IMG/VR virus record: IMGVR_UViG_3300046653_000062
Length of the DNA: 64,000 nucleotides
Origin: an uncultured virus (IMG/VR IMGVR_UViG_3300046653_000062)
Lineage: Duplodnaviria > Heunggongvirae > Uroviricota > Caudoviricetes
Reading direction: 5' to 3' (one strand)
Position 1 is the stretch's first letter. Every line of letters starts with the position of its first letter. The translations under genes were made by a program, and so were the position numbers. Shown one piece after another: positions 9,178-17,823 of this stretch. The notes under the pieces are model-generated. The model saw only the letters and a list, made by a program, of their open reading frames with translations. It ran no database searches and was not told where the DNA came from.

Positions 9178-9498
9178 TTGCGCTGGCCTGGGGTTGTGGG
9201 AACTGCTTACAGGGCGGCGTAAGCGAAGCGCGGAGGGTCTGGGCGCCCACTCTCACCCTTCGCGCCTGTCAGTTTTGGGAGGAAGTTAATACGGCCTGCG
9301 GCGGGCCGGAGAAAGCAGGATATGCGAAAGCGGGGGGTCCTCCCGTAACCCTACTACCCCTAATCCAGCAGCCGAATAAATTCAGAGTTCCCCGCCGGGG
9401 GAAGCGAGCCGAACCTGAACGTGCACACATAGGGTAAGGCCGATAAGCCGGGTCCGCTCTCAGCCTCAAAGAGCCGCCTTCAACACATGGGGGCGTTA

Positions 9499-9573
9499 CG
9501 AGGTGTACCATAATGGTAATGGGTCTGCTTTGGAGGCAGGAATATGGTCGTTCAAGTCGACTCACCTCGACCA
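9499..9573 (+). tRNA. tRNA-Pro(UGG)
   Basis: Acceptor CGAGGTG/CACCTCG-A-CCA; D arm CCAT-AATGGTA-ATGG; anticodon arm TCTGC-TTTGGAG-GCAGG; T arm GTCG-TTCAAGT-CGAC. Confidence 0.9.
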
Positions 9574-9579
9574 GTTTTA

Positions 9580-9668
9580 GGACCTGTAACTCAATGGTAG
9601 AGCAGCGGATTTATACCCCGTAAGCGCTGGACTGGCGCGAGATCATGGTTCGAATCCATGCAGGTCTA
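9580..9668 (+). tRNA. tRNA-Ile(UAU)-like with long variable arm
   Basis: Acceptor GGACCTG/CAGGTCT-A; anticodon loop TT-TAT-AC; variable stem GCGCT-GGACT-GGCGC; T arm CATGG-TTCGAAT-CCATG; no encoded CCA. Confidence 0.8.
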
Positions 9669-9728
9669 CTCGAATTGTCGCCGACAACGTTTTTGGTCGT
9701 GGGGTTGCTTCCCTCTCCGCCGCGACCT

Positions 9729-9770
9729 ACCCTCAGAGGAGGTCCCATACACCCTCCTCTGAGGGTTCCT
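9729..9770 (+). terminator. Hairpin after the tRNAs
   Basis: accctcagaggagg...cctcctctgagggt stem; weak U tail. Confidence 0.4.
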
Positions 9771-9799
9771 GTGGGAGAGGTCTAGTAAAAGAGGGAATC

Positions 9800-10174
9800 A
9801 TGCAGGTTACAGGCGTTCTCGATCGGTCCATGTATGTCGACCTCTCGACCATGGAGGTCGTTGGTCAGATCGCATATGAGACGATGGCCCTCTGCGCCGT
9901 CGTCAAGTCAATGAAGAAGGATGAGCCGGTCGATCCGTTCCTTCTGACGAGTTGGAAGAGCTGCGACGAAGAGACCAAACGCGTCTATCGGGCTGTCGGC
10001 AACCAGATTTTGAAGACCGTCTGTCAGGCGTCCGGCCTGACGTTCAAGGAAGTCGAGGCCCTGGAGTCCCCGCCATGGGCGCAGCTATTCCAGCTTCTCA
10101 AGACGCAGCCGAACACATCCGAGGCGAACGTGATTTTCAACGCCCTTAACTCAGGGCCTCTACCAGAGGCGTAA
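9800..10174 (+). CDS. Hypothetical protein
   Basis: AGAGGG RBS; 124 aa. Confidence 0.7.
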   Translation: MQVTGVLDRSMYVDLSTMEVVGQIAYETMALCAVVKSMKKDEPVDPFLLTSWKSCDEETKRVYRAVGNQILKTVCQASGLTFKEVEALESPPWAQLFQLLKTQPNTSEANVIFNALNSGPLPEA

Positions 10175-10210
10175 ATGAACCTGTTTGATTTTCTGTTATG
10201 GGAGGCCATA

Positions 10211-10420
10211 GTGCTGCTGAAGAACGACGGAAAGTGGGTCGCCGACTGCGACTCATGCTCAGAAAATATAGAGACGTCCTCCAGCACATGGGACGAAGCC
10301 CTTCAAGAGATAAAGGCCGCCGGGTGGCGCTCGGCCATGAAAGATGGAGCCTGGGCGCATCTTTGCCCGTCCTGCTACGAGGCGCGCCGGAAGGATAATC
10401 CGATTGGGCCGAATTCGTGA
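10211..10420 (+). CDS. Small zinc-finger protein
   Basis: GTG at 10211 after GGAGG; CDSC...GW...HLCPSC. Confidence 0.65.
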   Translation: MLLKNDGKWVADCDSCSENIETSSSTWDEALQEIKAAGWRSAMKDGAWAHLCPSCYEARRKDNPIGPNS

Positions 10421-10603
10421 CAGGCTCGACTTCAACCGTGAAGACGCCCTAATCAAGCGCAAATCAGACCTGAAATATTTCGGGTGGTGGCGTATCTGCG
10501 GCCTCAGAATGTTATGGAGACAGGTCACCACCCACAAACGCCGGGCGGTTCCCGCAACCCGTCTACAGGTGAAGACCAACAGCGGAAAAGGAAAGGCACG
10601 AAT

Positions 10604-10825
10604 ATGACTTGCCCAGATGAACCGATTGACCTTACCCCAGTTGACCCACAAGTGAATGAACTACTCGATCGCGCCGAGGCTGCGCCGGAGTCTGGTATTG
10701 CCGACGTGAACAACGCAGGCCAGCCGAGCTATAATACGTTGGCTGAGCCTGTCACCATAACGGGCGAGATCGGGACCGCCGAAGACGTCGCCGACCTGAC
10801 TTTCGGCACTGACCCCATAGCCTGA
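10604..10825 (+). CDS. Small acidic hypothetical protein
   Basis: ATG at 10604 after AAAGG; 3' part of track ORF 10484..10825. Confidence 0.55.
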   Translation: MTCPDEPIDLTPVDPQVNELLDRAEAAPESGIADVNNAGQPSYNTLAEPVTITGEIGTAEDVADLTFGTDPIA

Positions 10826-10927
10826 CCCTGTTGCCTATTTGTCCCACCCTTTGACCAACTACAGGGTAGAGGGTGGGCAAACTATATGAAAACGGGTATG
10901 ACTCAGCGACCAACAACAGGGGATAAC

Positions 10928-11626
10928 ATGAAAAAGTTTCTTATCGGCCTATCGATGCTGATGTTCTCCGCGCCAGCGATGGCGGCGGACCTCGGCAATC
11001 AGGGCGGCGGCTTCAAAGACGACGCTCTTTCGAACGTTGTTGGCCCATGCGCTGGCGTGTCGTGGACTGGCTTCCGCATCGGCCTCGGCGTCGGCGTCGG
11101 TCAGACCGGCCTGGGTTCAGGGACCGAGTCATCCACATCTGGCAACGTGATATCCACAGACGTTGTAAACGGCGGCTACCAGATGGAGACGGTTGGTCAG
11201 GTCGAGCTTGGCTATGACTATCAGTTCAGGAACAGCCCTCTCGTGATCGGCGCGTTCGGCAACCTGGGCTACGGCTCCGGGCCCACGCAGTTCACATATG
11301 GCGCCGACGTCCGCGCCGGTCTCGCCTGGGGTAACGCCTTGTTCTATGGCTTCGTGGGCTATGAGAAATCCCACCTCGCCCATGACCTCACCAATACTAC
11401 GGGCTCTGCGGTCCTGGCGTCCATGAAGGCGGACCCTGACGGCGTTGCGTTCGGCGCTGGCGTTGACGTGAACCTCGGTCGCGGCTGGTATGCTGGCGTG
11501 CGCGCCGAACGCGTGGACTACGGTCTGTTGACCGCGACCGGGACCGGAGCCACAAACATAGCCTATAAGGCTGATATTTCTGGAACTGATGACCGGGGCC
11601 TCTTGACTTTGGGATATAAATTCTGA
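10928..11626 (+). CDS. Outer-membrane beta-barrel protein, Omp25/RopB-like
   Basis: Signal peptide MKKFLIGLSMLMFSAPAMA-ADL; SWTGFRIGLGVG, GYDYQF, LVIG, GAGVD; C-terminal LGYKF. Confidence 0.85.
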   Translation: MKKFLIGLSMLMFSAPAMAADLGNQGGGFKDDALSNVVGPCAGVSWTGFRIGLGVGVGQTGLGSGTESSTSGNVISTDVVNGGYQMETVGQVELGYDYQFRNSPLVIGAFGNLGYGSGPTQFTYGADVRAGLAWGNALFYGFVGYEKSHLAHDLTNTTGSAVLASMKADPDGVAFGAGVDVNLGRGWYAGVRAERVDYGLLTATGTGATNIAYKADISGTDDRGLLTLGYKF

Positions 11627-11667
11627 TGTAAGGGGCTTGCTGCTCTCGCAGTGATAGGCGACTCCTA

Positions 11668-11705
11668 ACTAACCCGTGGCCCCCTGGCTCACGGGTTATT
11701 TTTTG
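11668..11705 (+). terminator. Intrinsic terminator
   Basis: taacccgtg...cacgggtta stem followed by TTTTTT. Confidence 0.8.
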
Positions 11706-11722
11706 CCTGAACCCCCGCTTTT

Positions 11723-11752
11723 GTTGACAAAAGCCCCGCAAATCGTCTAAAA
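11723..11752 (+). promoter_or_regulatory. sigma70-like promoter for the replication genes
   Basis: TTGACA followed ~17 nt later by CTAAAA, directly after the terminator. Confidence 0.5.
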
Positions 11753-11772
11753 ACGACGAACGATAGAAATTC

Positions 11773-12267
11773 ATGGGATTGAGGCGTATGCGTAACCCGG
11801 TTGAGGAAAAATTCAAGGAACTTTGGGGTCGATCAGGCCCTGACCGGCTGACGCGCGCCCAGATCGCCGAGCACTTTGGGAAATCCCTGTACTGGGTCCA
11901 GTGGATGTTCGTGCGAACCAATGTCAAACCCAGGAACCTGACCCCTCAGGTCAAATTGAGACAGGAGACAGGCAAGGACGATCGGCGTGAGTACATGGCG
12001 TCGGTGCAGAAAAAAACGGCCCTGGTGGCGATCACGAAAAAGATGGTCACCCGTGTTGATATCCTACTGAAGACTCCAGTGGATTACCGAGAGTATGTAA
12101 GAAGATTATCTGATACAAACCGGGTTATAATGTCGGCGCAGCGTTATTTTGCTGATGTTTCAGAAGTAGACCCCGATTGGGATAGACTTCAGTCTATTTC
12201 AGAAGCTATCAAGAGCGCAAAAAGATTCTTCGCGAACGCCGAGAAAAAGTTGAGGAACAGCCTGTGA
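11773..12267 (+). CDS. Putative HTH DNA-binding protein
   Basis: LTRAQIAEHFGKSLYWVQW resembles a helix-turn-helix; start uncertain. Confidence 0.55.
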   Translation: MGLRRMRNPVEEKFKELWGRSGPDRLTRAQIAEHFGKSLYWVQWMFVRTNVKPRNLTPQVKLRQETGKDDRREYMASVQKKTALVAITKKMVTRVDILLKTPVDYREYVRRLSDTNRVIMSAQRYFADVSEVDPDWDRLQSISEAIKSAKRFFANAEKKLRNSL

Positions 12268-14168
12268 AATTATATGCTCTCGATTTTGAAACCCACTATT
12301 CAGACGAGTATACTCTCAAGAACATGACGACTGACGAATATGTCAGTGACCCTCGTTTTGAAGCCCTGTGCCTGACGCTTTTTAACGGTGAAACGCAAGT
12401 TATCCTTCCTCAGGAAGCGATCGCCGGGTGGCTGGCGCACATGAACCCCGCCGAGGTGGGGATTATCGCTCAGCATGCGCAGTTTGACCTCGCCATTCTC
12501 GCCGAGCATTACGGCTTCCGCCCCGCGTTCATTGTCGACACGCTGTCCATGAGCCGGGCGATCAGCGGCGTGTCGGTTTTCCATAACCTGGACGCGCTGT
12601 GTAAGCGCTACGGCCTGCCCCCCAAGATCGTTCAGTACAACGTCTTTAAGGGCAAGCGCTGGTCGCAGTTGACCGCCCAAGAGCGCATGAACCTCGGTAA
12701 CGAGTGCCTGGGCGACTCGCGAAGGACCTGGGATATCGCTAAGTCTATGATCGCCCAGCTCCCGGACGAAGAACTGCGCCTCATCGATATGACTGTGCGT
12801 ATGTTCACCGAGCCCTGTCTGCGGGGCGATGTGGGCCGTTTAAACGCTCTGGTCACCACCGAGGCCACGCGCAAACAAGCGCTTCTCGATGAGTTGAAGC
12901 TGGAGAACGCCGATTTCACTTCAGATGACAGGTTCGAGGCTCTGTTGCTCCGTGAGGGCGTCGAGGTTGTTTTGAAGCCAGCCAAGACCAAGCGCGGGTG
13001 GAAGGGGGCCTTCGCCAAGTCGGACCCGTTCATGGTCGATCTGGCGGAGTCCGAGGACCCTCGCCTGTCCATGATCGCCGATATGCGCCTTGAGGCGAAG
13101 TCGACAATCCAGGCGACACGGGCGGAGCGGTTCCTTGGAAAGGCAACCCGAGGTAACCTACGGACCTACTATAACTATTATGGAACAAAAACAAGCCACT
13201 GGTCAGGTTCAGAAGGCGATAATTTCCAAAACCTACCTTCAAGAGGCAGAAACGGTCAAGAACTTAGAAAATCTATTAAGTCACAGCCCGGGTTTAAACT
13301 TGTCGTTGCTGACATGAGCCAGATACAATGCCGGATGCTCTGCACCATTGCTGGTCAGCATGACAAACTTCAGGCATTTCGCGAGAAGCGGGACCTGTAT
13401 TGTGAGCTGGCGACGAAATTCTATGGCCGTCCAATCACCAAGGCAGACGAGTTCGAACGCCAGATGGGCAAGACGGGTATCTTGAGTCTCGGTTTTGGCG
13501 CTGGTTGGGGCAAAGTGCAGATGACCGCTAAGCGTATGTTTGGCGTCGAACTTTCAGACGACGAGTGCAAACGTTTTGTCCGCACCTACCGCGACGACAA
13601 CCTGCACATTGCGGGCTGGCGCGACGGCCGTCAGCTCACCGGTGGCATTTGGCAGAACTCCGAGATTTGGCTGCGGCTGCTCGCTGAGCGACAGAATTTT
13701 GACGTGTTCGCCCCAGCCGAGCCCGGAATGTCGCGGTTCGACCGCCCGCTATTCACCATCCGCAATCAGAAGGTGATCCTGCCCACGGGCCTCATGCTCC
13801 ACTATGACGGCCTGCATTGGGGGGAGTTCACCCGCAACGAAAACGGCGTCGACGTGATCAAGACCGGGTGGAAGCTGCCGCGCCGGAACGGCTTCGAGGC
13901 CCTGTACGGCGGCAAGTTCACTCAGAACCTCGTCGCGGCGTTCTCGCGGCTGGCCTTCTCTCAGGCCGAGCTGCGCATTCAGGACAGGACGCGGGGCTGG
14001 GGTAAAATCTGTCTCCACACGCACGATGACGTGGCTGTTCACGTCCCCGAAAGCGCCGTCGCCGAGGCGGAGACGATCATGCGCGAGGAGCTGACCCGCC
14101 AGCTTTGGTGGCTCCCTAACATCCCGTTGGCCGTCGATATCCGTGTTTCAGAGGATTATTCCAAATGA
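12264..14168 (+). CDS. DNA polymerase family A with 3'-5' exonuclease
   Basis: ExoI LDFET, ExoII-like HAQFD, NFQNLP, motif A DMSQIQCR, motif B RQMGKTGILSLGFG, motif C HDD. Confidence 0.92.
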   Translation: MKLYALDFETHYSDEYTLKNMTTDEYVSDPRFEALCLTLFNGETQVILPQEAIAGWLAHMNPAEVGIIAQHAQFDLAILAEHYGFRPAFIVDTLSMSRAISGVSVFHNLDALCKRYGLPPKIVQYNVFKGKRWSQLTAQERMNLGNECLGDSRRTWDIAKSMIAQLPDEELRLIDMTVRMFTEPCLRGDVGRLNALVTTEATRKQALLDELKLENADFTSDDRFEALLLREGVEVVLKPAKTKRGWKGAFAKSDPFMVDLAESEDPRLSMIADMRLEAKSTIQATRAERFLGKATRGNLRTYYNYYGTKTSHWSGSEGDNFQNLPSRGRNGQELRKSIKSQPGFKLVVADMSQIQCRMLCTIAGQHDKLQAFREKRDLYCELATKFYGRPITKADEFERQMGKTGILSLGFGAGWGKVQMTAKRMFGVELSDDECKRFVRTYRDDNLHIAGWRDGRQLTGGIWQNSEIWLRLLAERQNFDVFAPAEPGMSRFDRPLFTIRNQKVILPTGLMLHYDGLHWGEFTRNENGVDVIKTGWKLPRRNGFEALYGGKFTQNLVAAFSRLAFSQAELRIQDRTRGWGKICLHTHDDVAVHVPESAVAEAETIMREELTRQLWWLPNIPLAVDIRVSEDYSK

Positions 14169-14428
14169 AAAATAAAATTGGAGAAGTTTATCACCCAGAA
14201 GACGAGGAGCGTGATAAGACGCTCGCAACAGCTAGATTAATAGCTAACTTATTCGATGTTCATAAAACTCCGTTTCAGCAAGGTATCAACGCTTTGATTC
14301 TCTCTATCACGGCTGCTCTTCTGAACGCTGATATGTCTATTGAACAAAAAGTCAAACTGGCCAACGGCGTGAGCACAACTATTCTCACGAACATTCTGCC
14401 TACAGCTCCAGAAGGACGCGCAAATTGA
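14165..14428 (+). CDS. Hypothetical protein
   Basis: ATGA overlap, GAGG RBS, AT-rich. Confidence 0.6.
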   Translation: MKNKIGEVYHPEDEERDKTLATARLIANLFDVHKTPFQQGINALILSITAALLNADMSIEQKVKLANGVSTTILTNILPTAPEGRAN

Positions 14429-15108
14429 CCTGGACCATTAACAACTCGATTTCCCCCACTGCGTTCTCGGACTATGAGCAGTGCCCGAAGAAATTTTACC
14501 ACCGGAGCGTGGCGCGTGACTGCCCGTTCCAGGAGTCCGAGCAGCTTGTCTGGGGTCGTGCGGTTCATAAGGCGATTGAGCGCCGGTGCGGCCCCGCCCA
14601 TTACCCGCTGCCTGAGAACATGAAGGAATTCGAAGAGTTCTGCGAAGTCATCTGTGGGTTCCCGATCGTCATCACCGAGCGCAAATTCGGCATGACCTGG
14701 GAAGGCGTGGCGGCGGACGTGAAGTCGCCGGACTGCGGGATACAGGCGACTGGCGATATCACGATTATGACCGCTGACGGCAAGACAGCGACCACGGTTG
14801 ATATCAAGACGGGCAAGCCCCGCGAAGACCCGTTCCAACTTCAGATGCAGGCCCTCGTCCTCATGGCCCACTACCCGTCCCTCAAGACGGTGAAGGGGGC
14901 CTATTACTGGACACAGCAGGCAAGGCTCGGCCCTGTCTATGACCTGTCGGACTGTTGGGACCTGATCATGCCTCGGCTTATCCAGATGGCTGACCGGGTA
15001 GACGAACTGACGACGCTGCCTCTTGACCCAAAGAGGTTCGTCGCAGTTCCTGGTGACCCGTTCCCCTGCAACTACTGCAACGCTCCGTGCGAATTCGCTA
15101 AGGGTTAA
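14425..15108 (+). CDS. PD-(D/E)XK exonuclease (RecB/Cas4-like)
   Basis: S..SDYEQCPKKF, GRAVHKAIE, D...VDIKTGK, QLQM, C-terminal CNYC...C. Confidence 0.85.
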   Translation: MTWTINNSISPTAFSDYEQCPKKFYHRSVARDCPFQESEQLVWGRAVHKAIERRCGPAHYPLPENMKEFEEFCEVICGFPIVITERKFGMTWEGVAADVKSPDCGIQATGDITIMTADGKTATTVDIKTGKPREDPFQLQMQALVLMAHYPSLKTVKGAYYWTQQARLGPVYDLSDCWDLIMPRLIQMADRVDELTTLPLDPKRFVAVPGDPFPCNYCNAPCEFAKG

Positions 15109-15110
15109 CG

Positions 15111-15299
15111 ATGGCCGAGAAATACGTTCGCTATGTGTATCGGTGCGATAACCCAAGCTGTCACGCCGAGCATTCATATTATGACCAAGACGAAGCCCCC
15201 TGGACTTGCCCGACATGTAACACTGGCTCGATGTGTTATTTTGGAAGCGAAATCTTTGGCGGTGACGATACAGAAGAGAAAGACCAGGAACATGGATGA
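15111..15299 (+). CDS. Zinc-ribbon protein
   Basis: YRCDNPSC...CPTC. Confidence 0.6.
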   Translation: MAEKYVRYVYRCDNPSCHAEHSYYDQDEAPWTCPTCNTGSMCYFGSEIFGGDDTEEKDQEHG

Positions 15300-15861
15300 G
15301 CCGAAACCCCTTGCTGGCGTCGTGGTCGAGACGATCATAGACGCCAGCGGCGCGCCGCGCAGAAAGAGGACTCCCGGACCAGGGCGCCCCAAGAAAACCC
15401 CTGAGGGGGTTTTCAAAGCGGAGATCAAGGCGTTCCTCGATCATCTCGGCGTCTTCTGGTTCATGCCCGTTCAGAACGGCATGGGTGACAGGGCGGTTGA
15501 TTTTATCGGCGTCTGGCGTTCTGCGGCGGTCGCCATCGAGGCCAAAGCGCCTGGCAAAGACGCGACGGATAAACAGGCCGACTTCCTGCGGGATTGGAAG
15601 GCGAACGGCGGATGGGGTTTTGTCAGCGACGGCTTGGAAGATTTGTTAGAGCAGTGGAGTGAAGAATGCCTTTCATGTGGGATAAGACCGCCGGCTATCT
15701 GCTCTATGACCGGGACCGTCTTGAGAGAGGCCCTTGGTTTCCGCGCCAAGACGAGATCGAGGGGCAAATCGTCCAGCTCCCCAACTACGTCTGCATCAAA
15801 GGAACCCTCCAAAACCTCCGGACGCTTCACCAGCGCCAAATCGATGTGCCGCCCCCGCTAG
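15292..15861 (+). CDS. VRR-NUC domain nuclease (putative resolvase)
   Basis: EGVFKAEI...DFIG...AIEAKAPG...Q..FL...GG; start at ATG 15292 after AGGA. Confidence 0.8.
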   Translation: MDEPKPLAGVVVETIIDASGAPRRKRTPGPGRPKKTPEGVFKAEIKAFLDHLGVFWFMPVQNGMGDRAVDFIGVWRSAAVAIEAKAPGKDATDKQADFLRDWKANGGWGFVSDGLEDLLEQWSEECLSCGIRPPAICSMTGTVLREALGFRAKTRSRGKSSSSPTTSASKEPSKTSGRFTSAKSMCRPR

Positions 15862-17348
15862 ACATATTCGAGTATGACTGGCCGGGCCTGTTCAGGCCGT
15901 ATTCGTCCCAACGGATCACGGCGAACATGCTTGTGTTGAACCCCGTCTGCTACGTGCTGAACGAGATGCGGACGGGCAAGACCATGGCCAGCCTGTGGGC
16001 CGCCGACTTTCTCATGAAGCAGTATCCGGGGCTGAAGTTCCTGATCATATCCAACCTGTCGACGCTGAAGGATGTGTGGCGGCAGGCGATCATCAGCGCA
16101 TTTCTTGGACGACGCACGTGCGCTGTTCTCCATGCGCATTCAGCCGCCGCCCGTATCAAGAAGCTTGGGGCGGATGTGGATTTCTACATTGGCAACCACG
16201 ACATTTTGAGCATGGGGGTGACATTCGAGGTGAACGCGCGCGGCCACAAGCAGATGCGCGTCGGCGGGCTGGCGCGTCTGCTGATCGAGAGGGGCGACAT
16301 TGGCGGCGTGATCATCGATGAGGCCAGCGCGTTCAAGGACGCCACGACCAACCGGAGCAAGGCCGGGCGAGAGATTATCGCCAAGCACAAGTTCTTCCGC
16401 TGGCCCATGACCGGCTCGCCTACGGCGCAGAAGCCGACAGACATTCACGGGTTGCGCCGGTTGGTCGAGCCCGACTATATTGATCGGTTTGACAACGTTC
16501 AAAAGCTTCTCATGGAGCGGCTGACTCAGTTCAAATGGAAACCAAAGGAACAGATTCTCGTCCGGCGGCCGGATGGAGCAGCCGAAACCGTGACCGCCAT
16601 CGAGATGGCCGCCCGCCTCCTGCGCCCCGCTGTCCGGTTCCGCGCCGCTGATTGCTTCGACGCGCCGGAACAGACCATGGTTCGCCGCCGGGCGCAGCTT
16701 TCTGATTCGCAGCGGGTCCTGTTGCGCAAGCTCAAGTCAGACGCCCTGGCGCTGCTCCAGACAGCCAATGGCGACGTCTCGCGGATCAGTGTGGCCAATG
16801 CTGGCGTCATGCGCTCCAAGAGCCTGCAAATCCTGTCTGGCGCGGTTTACGACGACACGGGCGTAGCTTTGAAGGTCGACGCGCCGGGCCGTCTGAGGGT
16901 GCTTGACGAGGTCCTGGAGGAGACGGAGGATAAAGTTATTATCCTGGCTCCGTTTACTTCAGTTTTACATATCCTATTTAAACACCTCGGCAAGGACCAG
17001 ACCGTGTTTATTGACGGCTCGGTGACCGCGAACGAGCGCTCAGACCGTTTAAACGACTTCCTCTCGAATAGCCGTAAGAGATTCTTGGTGGCTCAACCTG
17101 AAATATTAAAATTCGGGCTTGACCTATCCGGCGCGTCCGTCATAGTTTGGTTCGGGCCGGTTGATAAAACTGAGACCTGGATTCAAGCAAACCGCCGCAT
17201 CTGCGGTCCAAATCAGAAGAAACCAACCCTCGTGGTATGCGTATCTTCTCATAATCTTGAGGACGCCGTTTATGATAGACTACAAACACAGGAAAGTATG
17301 CAGGACGTATTCTTGAAACTTATTGAAGATAGAGACGTCCATGACTGA
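15666..17348 (+). CDS. SNF2-family helicase
   Basis: EMRTGKT, IIDEAS, MTGSP, FGLDL, QANRRI. Confidence 0.9.
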   Translation: MPFMWDKTAGYLLYDRDRLERGPWFPRQDEIEGQIVQLPNYVCIKGTLQNLRTLHQRQIDVPPPLDIFEYDWPGLFRPYSSQRITANMLVLNPVCYVLNEMRTGKTMASLWAADFLMKQYPGLKFLIISNLSTLKDVWRQAIISAFLGRRTCAVLHAHSAAARIKKLGADVDFYIGNHDILSMGVTFEVNARGHKQMRVGGLARLLIERGDIGGVIIDEASAFKDATTNRSKAGREIIAKHKFFRWPMTGSPTAQKPTDIHGLRRLVEPDYIDRFDNVQKLLMERLTQFKWKPKEQILVRRPDGAAETVTAIEMAARLLRPAVRFRAADCFDAPEQTMVRRRAQLSDSQRVLLRKLKSDALALLQTANGDVSRISVANAGVMRSKSLQILSGAVYDDTGVALKVDAPGRLRVLDEVLEETEDKVIILAPFTSVLHILFKHLGKDQTVFIDGSVTANERSDRLNDFLSNSRKRFLVAQPEILKFGLDLSGASVIVWFGPVDKTETWIQANRRICGPNQKKPTLVVCVSSHNLEDAVYDRLQTQESMQDVFLKLIEDRDVHD

Positions 17349-17823
17349 CAAGCCGCTGCTCGTTGATGAACTTGAGCCGATGATTAAACAATTCATCAGG
17401 CTTAGAGCTTATATCAAGACTGAACAAGAAAAACTGAAAGCTGCGATGAGTGAATATGAGAAGGGGAAAACTCTTCTCGGGAATTATCTCGCCTCTACTC
17501 TTGTACAGAGCCGCCTTGATAGCGTGTCAGCCCCATCAGGAACGGCCTATACAACAAGGAAGGTCGAGTATAAGGTGGTCGATAAGGCCGCCGTTCTTCG
17601 CTGGCTGCTTCAGCAAAATGACTGGAGCGTATGGGAACTTTTCGACCTCAGACCATCCGCCTCAGACATAGACGCCTGGGCGTCCCAGCGATTGGACGAC
17701 TATATAGACGGAGTAAAACCAGGACCAGCGGTGCTAGAAGATTTCATACCGCCTGGGCTGAATAGGACGTCTACAGTATTTATCAAGGTTCGCAAAAAAG
17801 GAGACATTGCGAATGACGAATGA
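17341..17823 (+). CDS. Hypothetical replication-module protein (coiled coil)
   Basis: ATG at 17341; coiled-coil N-terminus, GTAY, PPGL; sits between helicase and SSB-like gene. Confidence 0.65.
   Translation: MTDKPLLVDELEPMIKQFIRLRAYIKTEQEKLKAAMSEYEKGKTLLGNYLASTLVQSRLDSVSAPSGTAYTTRKVEYKVVDKAAVLRWLLQQNDWSVWELFDLRPSASDIDAWASQRLDDYIDGVKPGPAVLEDFIPPGLNRTSTVFIKVRKKGDIANDE

Noticed and set aside
9425..9460. Third copy of the GGATAGGG...CCCGAMA leader motif (CATAGGGTAAGGCCGATAAG)
   Set aside because: The closing stems could not be formed convincingly
9178..9495. Group I intron or RNase P RNA (TTGTGGGAAC, AATCCAGCAGCC, TTCAGAG, GAGGAAG look-alikes)
   Set aside because: No P7 GACTA/TAGTC pairing, no interrupted gene and no RNase P P4 partner; kept only as an unassigned structured RNA
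10344..10607. Possible small CDS between the Zn-finger and acidic genes
   Set aside because: Start and RBS unclear and no recognisable motif; not called
14425..15108. CRISPR-associated Cas4
   Set aside because: Lies in a PolA/VRR-NUC/SNF2 replication module with no cas genes; an ordinary phage exonuclease is the simpler call
14275..15444. Long antisense ORFs (also 18116-19015, 26403-27374, 40107-41018, 53251-54171, 59892-60746)
   Set aside because: Shadows of well-supported genes on the opposite strand in GC-rich DNA; no motifs recognised
15666..15861. 196-bp overlap of VRR-NUC and helicase as a dual-coding region
   Set aside because: The VRR-NUC tail in the overlap is low-complexity and lies beyond the domain; probably a simple stop-codon extension
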